Program-made: the position numbers and the translations under genes
The notes under the pieces: model-generated
The model's input: only the letters and a program-made list of their open reading frames with translations
Database searches by the model: none
What the model was told of the DNA's origin: nothing
Assembly: GCA_963728405.1 (NCBI GenBank)
Contig: CAVSJV010000013.1
Span: 64,001-128,000 of the forward strand
Origin: Methanomassiliicoccaceae archaeon
GTDB lineage: Archaea > Thermoplasmatota > Thermoplasmata > Methanomassiliicoccales > Methanomassiliicoccaceae
Reading direction: 5' to 3'
DNA: 64,000 nt
Shown here: one piece after another, positions 42,546 through 53,792 of the stretch
Layout of the letters: every line of letters begins with the position of its first letter
Numbering within the stretch: the stretch's first letter is position 1

Positions 42546-43010
42546 ATGAGATCGGAGATGGAAGAGCTGAGCATCGCATTGAACTTCGAGACCTATCCTT
42601 CCAAGCATACCTGCGAAGGTGAGGGCGTTTCCCCGAGGGTGAGCATCAGAGGGCTTAACTCGCCCTATCTGGCCATCATCCTGGATGATCCAGACGCTCC
42701 CGGCGGCACCTTTACGCATTGGACCATATGGAACATCAATGCCTCGGAGGTCATACCGGAGAACATATCGACGAAGGGGCACCCAGACGAGCTTCCCGGG
42801 GCAGTACAAGGTGTGAACTCATCGGGCGAGCTGGGCTACACTGGCCCCTGCCCACCGAGGGGAAGCGTGCATCGCTATTACCTTAAGGTATACGGTCTAG
42901 ACGCTCCACTCGACCTTGAACCGGGAGCAAGCAAGAAGGTGCTGGAGGCCGCCCTGCGTGGGCACGTCCGACAACACGGAGAGACCATGGCGACTTTTGG
43001 CCGGCGATAA
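42546..43010 (+). CDS. YbhB/YbcL (PEBP) family protein 2
   Basis: DDPDAP..FTHW, GPCPP, HRYY. Confidence 0.9.
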   Translation: MRSEMEELSIALNFETYPSKHTCEGEGVSPRVSIRGLNSPYLAIILDDPDAPGGTFTHWTIWNINASEVIPENISTKGHPDELPGAVQGVNSSGELGYTGPCPPRGSVHRYYLKVYGLDAPLDLEPGASKKVLEAALRGHVRQHGETMATFGRR

Positions 43011-43049
43011 GGAAAGCTATCATATGGGGCCATGTCCTTTCTTTGAACG

Positions 43050-43586
43050 ATGTTACCGGCCGGCCCGCTGATGATCGAGCACCGTCTCATCGAGAGGATG
43101 GTCTTTGAGCTGAACAGGGAAAGAAAAAGGATCGAACAGGGCGGCTCGCCTGATGTCCAGTTCCTGGAGACCGCCATCGATTTCTTCCGCATCTACGCGG
43201 ACCGGTGCCACCATGGCAAGGAGGAGGACATCCTTTTCGTCAAACTGGCCTCCAAATCGATGACTCCGCCCATGAGGCAGGCGATGGAGCGCCTAAAGGA
43301 GGAACATGCCCTGTCCCGCAGTCTGATCGGGCAGCTTCAACAACAGAAGGAGCAGTTCCGTTCCGGGGACGCTACCGCCGCCCATGGGATCGTCAGGACC
43401 TTTTCCGAGCTTTCTCGCCTGTATCCTGACCACATTGCTCGGGAGGACAAGGAATTCTTCCCCACCGCGATGACCTATCTAGAACAGAACGAGCGCGAGG
43501 AGATGCTCCGAAATTTCGATGATTTCGATAAGAGATTGATCCACGAAAAATACAAGGCAGTGGTGGAAGGAGCGGAGAGACGATGA
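43050..43586 (+). CDS. Hemerythrin HHE domain protein
   Basis: EHRLI, HHGKEE, EEH, HIARED. Confidence 0.88.
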   Translation: MLPAGPLMIEHRLIERMVFELNRERKRIEQGGSPDVQFLETAIDFFRIYADRCHHGKEEDILFVKLASKSMTPPMRQAMERLKEEHALSRSLIGQLQQQKEQFRSGDATAAHGIVRTFSELSRLYPDHIAREDKEFFPTAMTYLEQNEREEMLRNFDDFDKRLIHEKYKAVVEGAERR

Positions 43587-43741
43587 GAAAATGGCGTTGT
43601 ATGGTCTGCGGTTATGAGTATGATCCGGCGGTAGGGGACCCCCTGGGCAATATACCACCGGGGACGGCCTTCGAATTGCTTCCAGACGATTGGGTCTGCC
43701 CAATGTGCGGCGCTTTGAAGTCCGAGTTCGAGCCCATATAG
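43583..43741 (+). CDS. Rubredoxin (not in ORF track)
   Basis: [32 protein letters not shown]. Confidence 0.93.
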   Translation: MRKWRCMVCGYEYDPAVGDPLGNIPPGTAFELLPDDWVCPMCGALKSEFEPI

Positions 43742-43801
43742 CTGGGAACGGCGGATTTTATCTGCCCCTGCCCATATACCCTCGAATAATGGAGAGTTAC
43801 C

Positions 43802-44617
43802 ATGGGTAAACTGAGTAATGGATGGTCCATGACCAAGATGAGCTTGAGGGTCATCGCCCGGAACAAGCGTCTACTGCTTTTCCCGGTGATCTCGGGTGTG
43901 TTCATATTGGCCATTCTTGCCTCGTTCGTTGGAGTAATGCTCCTTAACGGCACGCTGTTCAATCCGAGCATCAATGTCCTGTTCATCGCTTTCTGGGTGG
44001 CGTTCTATTTCGTGTCCTTTTTCATCTCCATATTCTTCAACGTAGCGCTGATCTCCTGCGCTATGAAGGAGCTGGACGGGGAGAGTACGACGATCTCCTA
44101 CGGCATAGCCCAAGCCCGTGCGCGCATCAGGCCGATCCTCGGCTGGGCGCTGCTTTCGGCCACCGTAGGCCTAATACTGAAATCGATCCAGGAGCGCTCT
44201 GGAATGATCGGCCGGATCATCGTGGGGCTTATCGGCGCAGCCTGGGCGATCACGACGTACTTCGTGGTCCCGGTCATCGCCTTCGAGGGTCTCGGGCCGT
44301 TCGCTTCTATCAAGCGCAGCCTCGGATTGCTCAAGGGCACTTGGGGAGAGGCGGCCATCTCCAACATCGGCATAGGTCTGATCTTTGGACTGGCAGCCCT
44401 GGCCGGGCTGATACCGGTCATCCTGGCCTTCGTACTGGGGGATGTCGGTATCGGCCTGATGGTCCTACTGGTGGTTATTGTCTATTGGGTGGTCCTGGGC
44501 GTTCTGGCATCCGCGGCGAGCGGTGTCCTCCGGGCATCCCTGTATCGCTTTGCAACCACGGGTAAGGTGGTCGAAGGGTTCCCCGAGCAGGTCTTGAGGA
44601 ACCCCGGTGCTCCTTAG
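43802..44617 (+). CDS. Membrane protein, DUF6159-like
   Basis: Multiple TM helices; W..TTYFVVP, KRS..LLKGTWGE. Confidence 0.7.
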   Translation: MGKLSNGWSMTKMSLRVIARNKRLLLFPVISGVFILAILASFVGVMLLNGTLFNPSINVLFIAFWVAFYFVSFFISIFFNVALISCAMKELDGESTTISYGIAQARARIRPILGWALLSATVGLILKSIQERSGMIGRIIVGLIGAAWAITTYFVVPVIAFEGLGPFASIKRSLGLLKGTWGEAAISNIGIGLIFGLAALAGLIPVILAFVLGDVGIGLMVLLVVIVYWVVLGVLASAASGVLRASLYRFATTGKVVEGFPEQVLRNPGAP

Positions 44618-44643
44618 GCTCGGGGAACCAAACTATTTCTTTT

Positions 44644-47178
44644 TTAATTTATACGGTAACTGCCTTTGGGCACTGTTATCTCGAAACGGGCCCCCTTTCT
44701 GGGCGAGGTCTCATCGATGCTCATGCCAGTCATCTTGAGGACCTCTTTGACCAGATATAGGCCGTGACCGAACCGGTCGTCGAACATCTCCCTCCGCTTG
44801 GCCGGAGGCACACCCTCGCCATCGTCCTGGCATATGATCTTCAGATCATCACCTTTCTTCTCAAGGAAGAATCTAACCTGAGTGGCCTTGCCATGACGGA
44901 CGGCGTTGTCGGTAAGGTTATGGAACACCTTCTCCACCATACGATCGGCCAGTATCTCGACCCCGTCCAGTTCGAGGTCGATTTTGACCTCATGGGCCTG
45001 GGTCTCGGCGATCCCCTTTTCGGCGACCTCCTGTACACGGAACCAATCTGGCCTCTGAGTGCCCATGCGTTCGTAGTCACGGGAGAAATCTAGGATCTTG
45101 CGCATGTTTTCGCCGGACAGCGCGGCCTTTTGCACATAGTCCTTGATGGCCTTTTGATCTTGCTTATACTGAGCTATGCCCAGATAGCCATTGAGCGCCG
45201 TAAGTTGGTTGAGGAGGTCATGCCTGGTGATCGAGCCGAGGAGGTATAATTTCTTTCTCGCAAGTTCAAGCTCCTCTTCCATCATCTTACGCCTGGTGAT
45301 GTCCAGGGTGAAGGTGATGACCCCCATCACTTTACCGTTTTCGTCGACGTACGGTAAAGAGTCCACCAGGCCCCAGCGCTTGTCATCGTTCCGGGCCAGG
45401 TAGGCTTTTTCTATAGAGATCTGAGGTTTTCCGGTCCGGAGGATCTCGAGGTCTTCGGCATGGGTCTCTTCCCAGCCTTCGGTCATCAACTTGCTCATGT
45501 GCATGCCGATCATACTTTCGGCCGGTATGCCCATGCGTTCGGCATAGGCCTTGTTGGCCCTGAGTATCTTGCCCTCCATGTCCCGTATCACGATCATGGC
45601 CGGCGTAGTATTGAACACCATCTCGTGGTCCCGGCGCTGGCGATTGAGAAAGTCCTCCATGGCCTTTTTATCGGTGATGTCGAAGTTCAGGTCGAGGATG
45701 AGCCTCTTGCCATCGATCTCCAGGACCGTCAGGTAAAGCTCCACATCCCTCAATTCACCTGACGCTAGGCGATGTTTGGCCCGCATGGGCTTCCGGAAGC
45801 TCCTGCTGCCATTGACCAGGTCGCTCACGGCGGCATGATCCCCTCGAGGGCTGATATTCGAAATGTTCATGCCGATCAATTGCTCGCGAGGATAGCCATA
45901 GAAGTCGATGGCGGCCTGATTAGCGTCGACGATGTTCCTGGTCTCGTTATCCACCAGGAACATGGTAGCGTAACTGCCGTGGAACAGGGCGCTGTAACGC
46001 GCCTCCCTCTCCCTGACCGCTCCCTCCAGTTCGTTCCTTTCGGTGATGTCGTAGCAGGAACCCAAGAACCCGATGTAGCTGTTGTAGGTGTCGAAGATGG
46101 GGTGACCATGATCAATGATGGTGCGGTATCCGCCGTCCTTGGACCTCAGGCGGTACTCGGCCCTGAAGGGCTGCCGGGACATCAGCGCCTTATGGAATAT
46201 CTCACTGGCCCTCTCCCTATCCTCAGGATGGATACCATGTTCCCATGGTAGTTTCTTCTCTTCGTCGACGGTCCGACCGGTCAGATCGAGCCAGGCCTTG
46301 TTGAAGTAGATGCATCGACCGTCCGGTTCGGCCACCCAGATCGGATTGGGCAGCTCATCGAACATCTTCATGTAGTAGTCTGCATCGCGCTTCAAGCGCT
46401 CCTCCATCTTCTTCTGAGCGGTGATGTCCGTAAGAATGGTGACAAAATGGCCCGGTTCCGGAACGTAGATGGCAACGGAATACCAGCAGTCCAAGGGTTT
46501 GGAGCGCTGCACGAACCGTACTTCCTTTCCAGTGGTAATGATCTCGTTGAACGCATTGAGCAGTTCGTGTTCGAACCCGTCGACGTCGTTGATCAGCTGC
46601 CGCACATCTCGGCCCAGCACCGATTCGGTTGGCTGGGCGAATATCTGTTCGAAGGCATCATTGACATCGATGATCATCGAGCTAACGGGCTTGCCTGCTT
46701 CGTCATAGATGATGCGGTGGTAGGCGAACCCGTCATGCATCCTCATCAACAGCGAATGATATGCCGCTTCGTTCCGGCGCTCCTTCTCCTCATCCACTCG
46801 CTTTTGCCTCTTCTGCAATATCGAACGGATGAGCGCCATATCTTGAGAGGCCTTTCCGGTCTTGGGGAGATAGTGGTCCGCGCCGTTCAGTATGGCGTCC
46901 AGCGCAACCTCCTCGTCCCCTTTTCCGGTGAAGATGAGGAAGGTGTTCAGGTAGCCTGCGGCCCGGGCGTTGCGTAGGAGGTCGATGCCGTCCATGCCCG
47001 GCATCATGTATTCACTGACCACCGCATCATACTGGGCAGTTCCCAGCTTGTCCAGGGCGGCTTGCCCGGACGGAACGGTGTCTACAGAGATGTCGCCCTC
47101 TGCAGCTAGCATGCTAGCGGCCAGTTCTCGCACCGCAAGATCATCATCGACGAGAAGGACCCGAATCGTTAAATCCAC
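44644..47178 (-). CDS. Hybrid REC-multiPAS-histidine kinase
   Basis: LLVDDD receiver, four PAS/PAC repeats, TRHDLLNQL H-box, NLTDNAVRHG, DDGEG. Confidence 0.92.
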   Translation of the reverse strand: MDLTIRVLLVDDDLAVRELAASMLAAEGDISVDTVPSGQAALDKLGTAQYDAVVSEYMMPGMDGIDLLRNARAAGYLNTFLIFTGKGDEEVALDAILNGADHYLPKTGKASQDMALIRSILQKRQKRVDEEKERRNEAAYHSLLMRMHDGFAYHRIIYDEAGKPVSSMIIDVNDAFEQIFAQPTESVLGRDVRQLINDVDGFEHELLNAFNEIITTGKEVRFVQRSKPLDCWYSVAIYVPEPGHFVTILTDITAQKKMEERLKRDADYYMKMFDELPNPIWVAEPDGRCIYFNKAWLDLTGRTVDEEKKLPWEHGIHPEDRERASEIFHKALMSRQPFRAEYRLRSKDGGYRTIIDHGHPIFDTYNSYIGFLGSCYDITERNELEGAVREREARYSALFHGSYATMFLVDNETRNIVDANQAAIDFYGYPREQLIGMNISNISPRGDHAAVSDLVNGSRSFRKPMRAKHRLASGELRDVELYLTVLEIDGKRLILDLNFDITDKKAMEDFLNRQRRDHEMVFNTTPAMIVIRDMEGKILRANKAYAERMGIPAESMIGMHMSKLMTEGWEETHAEDLEILRTGKPQISIEKAYLARNDDKRWGLVDSLPYVDENGKVMGVITFTLDITRRKMMEEELELARKKLYLLGSITRHDLLNQLTALNGYLGIAQYKQDQKAIKDYVQKAALSGENMRKILDFSRDYERMGTQRPDWFRVQEVAEKGIAETQAHEVKIDLELDGVEILADRMVEKVFHNLTDNAVRHGKATQVRFFLEKKGDDLKIICQDDGEGVPPAKRREMFDDRFGHGLYLVKEVLKMTGMSIDETSPRKGARFEITVPKGSYRIN

Positions 47179-47230
47179 CTCTGGAACCGAGCAAGCATCG
47201 ACGCGCTGGATTATCTATTTTCGTATTATA

Positions 47231-48257
47231 TTATTGGCGGAATGCCAACAATAGACCGCTCAGCATGGTGAACAGGATTACGGCATATCCAACGACAGTG
47301 AAGAACCAGTGCCCGCCCCGCGCATCCTCACTCCCGCGCACTAGATAGAAGCCGGAGATGAGCCCCAGCAGTACCAGTATGGTGGCGGTAAGGGCCAACA
47401 GCCCGTGCGCCGTATAGAAGATATTGCTCCGGAGAGAGAACTGTCTCCAGGGCCCACCAGCTGAAGATGATCAACACCAGCACCGAGAAGACGTAACCGG
47501 CCGCTTGATGAAATTGCGGGGGAATGAGCAGTGGCTTCCCCATTCTTCTACGGCGACCATTGATACCTCCGGTGATCCCGGCGAATCCCCCGATCACCGC
47601 TGCCAGCGAAAGACCGAGAGCGTGCCACCACCAGTCGGACCGGAGGCTGAGATAGGCATTATCGGCCCAGCCCCGACTCTCCCAATAGCCTTTATAATCG
47701 TTGTCAACAACCTCGATATGAGTGACCCATTTAGCCCACTTGTATCCCCATTGTTCGGGAACCACTAGTTTAACCGGATAGCCCTGGTTGGCAGGCAAGG
47801 TCTCATTGTTCATGGAATATGCCAGCAGGACATCATCGAGGAGAGCGTCCTCCAACCTCAGGTCGGTGGAGTAGCCGTCGGGAGATCGAAAGATCACTTT
47901 CTGGGAACTGTTCTGCACTCCCGCCCGTTCTAAGATGTAGCTGAGAGGCACCCCCGTGTATACCGCTCTCCCGCTCGGACCGTCCACACAGCGCAAGGTG
48001 GCCGTTTCGGTCCGATTGGGCATGGCAAGGAGCTGTTCGTAGGTGATGGTATAGGGATGGTCGACCGTTCCATTCACCACTAGGGTCCAGTCGGATGCGT
48101 TGATCTGAATGGGATCGGAGAGGGAGACATAGAAGAAATCCTGGTTGGGCGTGATGTCCTGGGTACTTTTTTGCTGGGCGTAGATAAGAGCAGCGGAAAC
48201 GAGGATCAGGGCAATGATCAAGGTCAAGACCAGCCCTCTTCGCCAGCTCATGCTCAT
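47231..48257 (-). CDS. Sulfite oxidase-family molybdopterin protein with C-terminal TM domain (frameshift near 47435)
   Basis: LRCVDG, DGYST, GYPVKL, GYKWAKW, GYWESRGW. Confidence 0.85.
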
Positions 48258-48347
48258 TAATGGGTCAGGAAAGTAAATAATCTCTCTGCAGAGAACGGTG
48301 CAAGGATTTTAAGGGGTCCTCGGCATAACTAGGCTCGAGGTAGGTAC

Positions 48348-49266
48348 ATGGAACCATCCAGCATGCATGAGTTGGTCGAGAGCAGAAAATTCCTCTTCTT
48401 CGGAGGAAAGGGAGGGGTGGGCAAGACCACTATGGCTGCGGCCACCGCAACCTGGCTGGCCGATCAAGGTTACAGGACGTTGATCGTCGCGACCGACCCG
48501 ACCGTCTCCCTGTCGTCCATATATGAGCAGGAGATCAGCGAGACCGAGATCACCCATATTGGCAAGGAAAAGAACCTATGTGGGCTGAACATCAATCCCA
48601 AGAAGGCCATGGGTGTGTTCCAGAACCGCATGAACAGCATGATGGAAGGATTCTCTACGATGTTTGGTTCGGAGCTGCTGTCCACTCCCTGCACAGAGGA
48701 GATCGCCGCCTTCGACCAGTTCGTATCATTTATGGCAGACACAACCCATGACAAGGTGGTTTTCGACACTGCACCCACTGGGCATACCCTTCGCGAACTG
48801 AGCATGCCCTTCGACTGGTCCGGCTACATATCGAACCAGATCGAGAATAGGAAGGATCTGTCCGATCTGTTGGGCTTCGTCTATGATGAGGGCATGATCT
48901 CCGACCTGAAAAAGGAGAAGGAGCGCTATGATATGGCCATCAAGGCCCTTTCTGATCAGGTGACATCGTCCTTCAACCTAGTGCTCCTGCCAGAAAAGCT
49001 GCCGGTGGACGAGACCGAGCGAGCGGTCCACGACCTCGGGGGATTCGGGATTAACTGTGCCGGCGATAATCATCAACGAGGTCATTCCCCGCGAGGTCCT
49101 CAAAGGTAACTGGTTCCTGGAGAGGCGGCGCGCCACTCAGGACAAGTACCTTAAGGACATCGATGTGAAGTTCAAGGACATGATACGGAAGGAGGTGCCC
49201 CTATTCGAGACGGACATATATGGGCTGGAGAGCCTGCGACAGGTCGGGAAGGTGCTTTATGGCTAA
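48348..49266 (+). CDS. arsA: Single-domain ArsA/GET3 ATPase (frameshift near 49055)
   Basis: GKGGVGKTT, TDP, STPCTEE, FDTAPTGHT. Confidence 0.88.
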
Positions 49267-49594
49267 GCTGCACCTAACGATACTCTCCTTCGCCTGCTGC
49301 AACCCCAAGCTTGCCCCGTATGATCAGCAGTATGCGGAACGGATCAAGGAGGCAGGCGCCAAGGCCGAGGTGGAATATGAGATCGATCTTGTTCATGCCA
49401 CCGAGGCCAGGATGTCGCCGAAGTATTCCTACCTAGGCGAGATAATGCCCATGATCAACAAGTATGGCTCCTCCGTTACGCCAGCCTTGTTCATCAACAA
49501 GCATCTATCTCTGTATGGTGGAGTGCCCACGCTCGACAAGCTGGTCGAGACCTTCGAGAAGGCCAAGCTTGCGATCGAACAGGGTCGGCTCTAG
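49259..49594 (+). CDS. ArsD-like/thioredoxin-fold protein with vicinal Cys-Cys
   Basis: FACCNP, TPALFIN..GGVP; overlaps the arsA stop. Confidence 0.55.
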   Translation: MAKLHLTILSFACCNPKLAPYDQQYAERIKEAGAKAEVEYEIDLVHATEARMSPKYSYLGEIMPMINKYGSSVTPALFINKHLSLYGGVPTLDKLVETFEKAKLAIEQGRL

Positions 49595-49730
49595 GGCCCA
49601 CCATCTTAGGTCAAGAATCTACGGTCAGGTCAACAGCCTGCACGGGGGCCATCTACTAGGTTGGGCAGCATCAGGAAGCGCCGGTCATCCTCTTGGCGAT
49701 ATTGCGGGGAGTTCTCTAGGGCCAAGGCTA

Positions 49731-50003
49731 CTATGTGGGGAGCTTGGTGCCGATGTCCGCCTCTTCCGTGGTGAGTTCCTCGTAGCCGTGAACCGCAAGG
49801 AGAAGTATACCCAGCTCGCCGAACCATTTCCCTATGACGTCAACTTCGATCATACGCATTCTGGCAAGGGGCTCTGCACTTGTAAAGAGGCGCGGAAGCC
49901 CCCGGTCGACCATGGATGTGTAACAGGTCGTTCCGGAGAGCACGTTCATCAGGTCATGGCACTATTCATTGTCTATTTGGCTAAACCTGTCAGTATGTTC
50001 CAT
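49731..50003 (-). pseudogene. Degenerate histidine kinase-like fragment
   Basis: CAGGAGG RBS, ATG, in-frame TAG, then HDLMNVLSG H-box-like motif. Confidence 0.35.
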
Positions 50004-50087
50004 CCTCCTGTCCTCGATAGGCGCTTCTATCCCGATGGTAAAATAGAATGTTCATGGCCTCTTTGAGGCCACTAAAAGGTTGCCCGT

Positions 50088-50312
50088 TCAGGAACTCCTT
50101 CTGGAACCCATCGCCCCGCCGAACATCGAGCCTAACGTAATGATCGCAGCTGCGAGCACGGCCCAGTTCACACTGATCGCTTCCGAGAATACAATGTCCG
50201 CTGCGGCTTTCACCACGAACAGAGTGATCACGAAATAGATGATACTCAGTATGATCAGTATAATGGTCCCGACGATCGCAGCTACAAGTCCTCCGCCCAT
50301 TCCTTTCATCAT
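50088..50312 (-). CDS. Small two-TM membrane protein
   Basis: GGAGGT RBS; 74 aa hydrophobic ORF. Confidence 0.65.
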   Translation of the reverse strand: MMKGMGGGLVAAIVGTIILIILSIIYFVITLFVVKAAADIVFSEAISVNWAVLAAAIITLGSMFGGAMGSRRSS

Positions 50313-50449
50313 TTTCTATACCTCCGTTTTACTGCTAAGGTACTTGTGGAAGCCCGGCCATCATAAGACTTTCGGGTCAAAAAAAATGACAAATGGGTGG
50401 GTAGAAAACGTAGCCAGGCTAACTGGCCACGTTCATTGCTCCACTCTGT

Positions 50450-51013
50450 TCATTGAATGAACGTTTTAACCTCGTCCACCAATTTTTGGGCCACTACTAG
50501 GTCCATGATGTTCATCGAGGGCTGGATACCGGGTACGATGTAGGATCGGACCTCCTTAACGCCGGCCAGGCTCAGCCAGGAGTAAGAGCGGTCGTTCATG
50601 AAGGAGTAGACCTTATCTCCCTGGGGGTTACCACAAGTGAAGATGGTCACGGCCTTCTTGCCTGCGGTGAGCTTGGTCTGATATCCGGGTCCGGTGGGGT
50701 TCTGGGCCAGGAACGCATACATCCGGTCGATGGCTCCCTTGAGCCAGGCCGTCTCCGCCCCCATGTATATCGGTGACCCGAGGACGATGACGTCGGCATC
50801 CTCGACCGCCTTATAGATCTTGTTCATGTCGTCCTTGATGGAACATAGCGGATGGGTCTTGCAGTACATGCAGGAAATGCAGGGTTTTATCTTCATGTCC
50901 ACGAGGTCGAAGTACTTGAGGTCGACCTCGGCGTGGTCCTCGGTCGCTTTCTTCAATAATGCTGCGGTATTCCCGTCCTTGCGGGGGCTTCCGTTGAGAA
51001 CAACAATCTTCAT
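50450..51013 (-). CDS. Iron-sulfur flavoprotein / flavodoxin family
   Basis: NGSPRKDGNT, CISCMYC..C, GSPIY. Confidence 0.9.
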   Translation of the reverse strand: MKIVVLNGSPRKDGNTAALLKKATEDHAEVDLKYFDLVDMKIKPCISCMYCKTHPLCSIKDDMNKIYKAVEDADVIVLGSPIYMGAETAWLKGAIDRMYAFLAQNPTGPGYQTKLTAGKKAVTIFTCGNPQGDKVYSFMNDRSYSWLSLAGVKEVRSYIVPGIQPSMNIMDLVVAQKLVDEVKTFIQ

Positions 51014-51289
51014 GATCATTACCTGCCGGATCCATGGGGTCGTTACACCAAGGTCCGGCCATTAAGCGGCAGACGAGGATAAAGCCTTTACTTGGCCATT
51101 CGCGGGAGGGAGCGACGTGCCCAGTTCCTGGTCGATCGGAAGGCTCTCGTTCCAGGGTGCTCCGGGACCGATAGGTTTGCGGAGGAGGGGGGCAAGGTCG
51201 AGGAAATGGTGTCTCGCGAATTAATAGCATGCGGACAGTTCAAGGAACTGGTGGACCCCAATGGTCCCCGAAAAATGGAGAGGAGGAAA

Positions 51290-51436
51290 ATGGGACAGAC
51301 CATGCAGGACCTGAAGAAGAAGGTCGAGAACGAAGGAAAGGACCAGAGCGAGAATGTGAAGGAGCAGGCCCAGGAGAAAGGCCCCGACATGGCCAAGGAG
51401 AAGAGCGAAGAGGTCCGTAAGAAGATGGGCATCTGA
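51290..51436 (+). CDS. Small hydrophilic LEA-like protein
   Basis: AGGAGG RBS; MGQTMQDLKKKVENEGKDQSENVKEQAQEK..; T-rich tract after the stop. Confidence 0.55.
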   Translation: MGQTMQDLKKKVENEGKDQSENVKEQAQEKGPDMAKEKSEEVRKKMGI

Positions 51437-52182
51437 ACGAATCGGTCAAAGAGCACGACCAATCTCTTCTTTTTTATTGAACCCTCCCCCACAGCACATC
51501 CCTTTGGTACGATTTCCTTGCCCCGGTCTGCGGTTTAGTTACTTGCTACCATGCCTGTATGTTGGGCCTCATCGAATTCATTGAAGGCCTGGCCGATGAC
51601 ATCGCGTTCTATCGGATCATCACATCGTTCCAGATGGGCCATGTGATGAAGATCATCGCTTTGCTCACCGCATTGACGACGACCCCGACATCGTCGGAGG
51701 CATGCTCAGAATGAACATCGTGGGAACACCGTGGTGGTCTACCTGGACAAGCCAGTCGCCGCCATTGCGGTGATCATGCTGTTCACGTCGTGGATCTATC
51801 TCCCGATCTGTAGGTTGAAAGACCGAATGCCATAAAGGCGCCCTAAGGCGATAAACCTCATCTTTAATTAGTACGTTCTAATATCATAGAAATAAATATA
51901 AACAAGTGAGTGCAATAAAAAGTCGAGGATGCGAGAGACTTCCTCCACGATACTTGTGGACAGACAACCACCGATCATGTCTCGCCCCCTCGGCCGGTCG
52001 GGGAGCTAACCTGGAGGTTCATCGACCTAGGTCACTACTTCAGACTCCCCCGGCCGGTATTAATCACCCTATAATGGTAAAGATCGGCCGCATTTGGTCC
52101 GTCTTCCCAGCAATCCTGAAACATATGGATGTGCGAAATAACTGAACGGCCCCATCGAAAGAGAATATATTTTTAGACATGC

Positions 52183-52534
52183 AAAGGTTGCCCGCTCTTT
52201 CGCACCATCTCTTGGCTATCTACGATTATTGGCTCCGATCAAGGGCATCCGATTGGAGTCATCATGTGATGGCCTGGACTACTCCACCTCAACAGGGCGA
52301 TTGATGGGAAACATCCTGGCGTCCGTGGTGGAGTTCGAGGGTCAGATCATGGTTGAGCGAACGAAAGAAGAGCGGGCATAGTCAGCAAAGGATGGACACT
52401 TTCCAGGAAGACCAAATGTGGAAGTTGATCTTGAGAAGTTCTTGGAACTTCTGAAGCAGCCGGGCATGACCAGGGCCAAGGCTTGTAAGTTACGTCGTCC
52501 AAAAAGTCCTATACAGACCGATCGAAAAGAGTGA
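52183..52534 (+). pseudogene. Serine resolvase/invertase remnant
   Basis: GLDYSTSTGRLMGNILASVVEFEGQIMVERTKE..GRP and HTH-like end; N-terminus missing, internal stop. Confidence 0.75.
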
Positions 52535-52987
52535 AAAAGAGGTCCCTACTGGAGCTAGTAAAGAAAGTGCCTCTAACTCACCTGCATTGAAACAGGGAGG
52601 GCAGGAACTGGAAAAAGAAATGAAAGAGATCATCGAAAGACTAGACAAAATCGAACGTCTCCTGGTTACGGTCACGGTCGAGAATATTAAAAAAGACCAG
52701 TGACGGCAGTGGGATCAGAAAGAATGATAAGCCGTGGGTCCGACCATTGGCAGGGGGAGGAGTGATCATTTGGATCGATCCATCTGAGCGTCCAGTCTTT
52801 GTAATCTTTACATGGCCCCAAAGTAAGTGGAGCGAGGGCATGAGTATGTGGATTAGAAACCGGACTCCCGTAGGCAACGGCCACGCCCGACCCCAACTCA
52901 AGGGCGGAACAAATCCCCCTGCTCCTTCGTAAGTCAAATAAAATTGGAGGGTAAGTGGTTTGGTGAGTTATGGCTTGGGCACGAGCT

Positions 52988-53515
52988 TTACCTGCTGGCC
53001 AAAGCTGGTAACGCCTCACCGATGCGCATGAAGAGCTCCGGTCTCAGCATACCCTGGACGACGATCCCGTTGGAATCCATTACCGCTTGCTTGAGGTCTT
53101 TGGCCCACAGGTGCTCGATGATGGCGAAGAGGGCGGAAGTGTTGTTGGGGAACGAATCAACGATCTCGTCAATATCATCCTGCGAGAGGCCGTAGGTCCT
53201 ATCGTTCGCCATTTCCATCTCCCTGGCCCTTTCCGCACCGGCTTCGGCTCCCCTCCTCGCCCCTTCTGCTCCACCGGCTCCGAGACCTATGAGGGCACCG
53301 ACGGCGGCTCCCAGTTCTTCGACCTCTCCGGGTCCGAGGTCAGTACCTTCGACCGCGAGCATGTTTCCGTCCGCGTCCTTTATAACGAAGGCATAGTCGA
53401 TCACGCGAATGAGCCCCTTCTCCTTCACATCTCTAATGGCCGGCAGAACCTCGCCAGAGAACTCATTCCCGGGAAATCCAACCGCTATCAACTGCATTGG
53501 TCCGTACATTACCAT
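52988..53515 (-). CDS. DUF1269/DUF6325-like protein
   Basis: GPMQLIAVGFPG..GLIRVID..KDADG, EHLWA. Confidence 0.75.
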   Translation of the reverse strand: MVMYGPMQLIAVGFPGNEFSGEVLPAIRDVKEKGLIRVIDYAFVIKDADGNMLAVEGTDLGPGEVEELGAAVGALIGLGAGGAEGARRGAEAGAERAREMEMANDRTYGLSQDDIDEIVDSFPNNTSALFAIIEHLWAKDLKQAVMDSNGIVVQGMLRPELFMRIGEALPALASR

Positions 53516-53792
53516 ATCTAGTTCTCCCATGCTTGATGATCCACCGAATAGACCTCCGACGGGAGCTATCAATGAATCGGACGGACCGGTCCACGTCCGA
53601 TTTATGATGTTCTCGTCATTTAGGTTATTTCCGAAGACCAGTGCCATGTTGAAGTGTCTGGTTTTTAATACATGCCCGTTAAATGGACGGCGGCCTCCCA
53701 GTCGTCATTGAAGAACGGTGATGAAAGTGTTAAAGACTGACCCGTCCCAAGCATCATCCAGGGTGTGTATCATACAGAAATCTGAAACGACA

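Noticed and set aside
49731-50003. Pyrrolysine-containing small protein
   Set aside because: Further ambers follow and the product looks like a degraded kinase fragment.
51540-51835. Possible membrane-protein pseudogene
   Set aside because: Fragmented hydrophobic frames with no family I can assign.
52370-52390. In-frame amber in the resolvase remnant as pyrrolysine
   Set aside because: The catalytic N-terminus is missing and other lesions are present, so decay is the simpler explanation.
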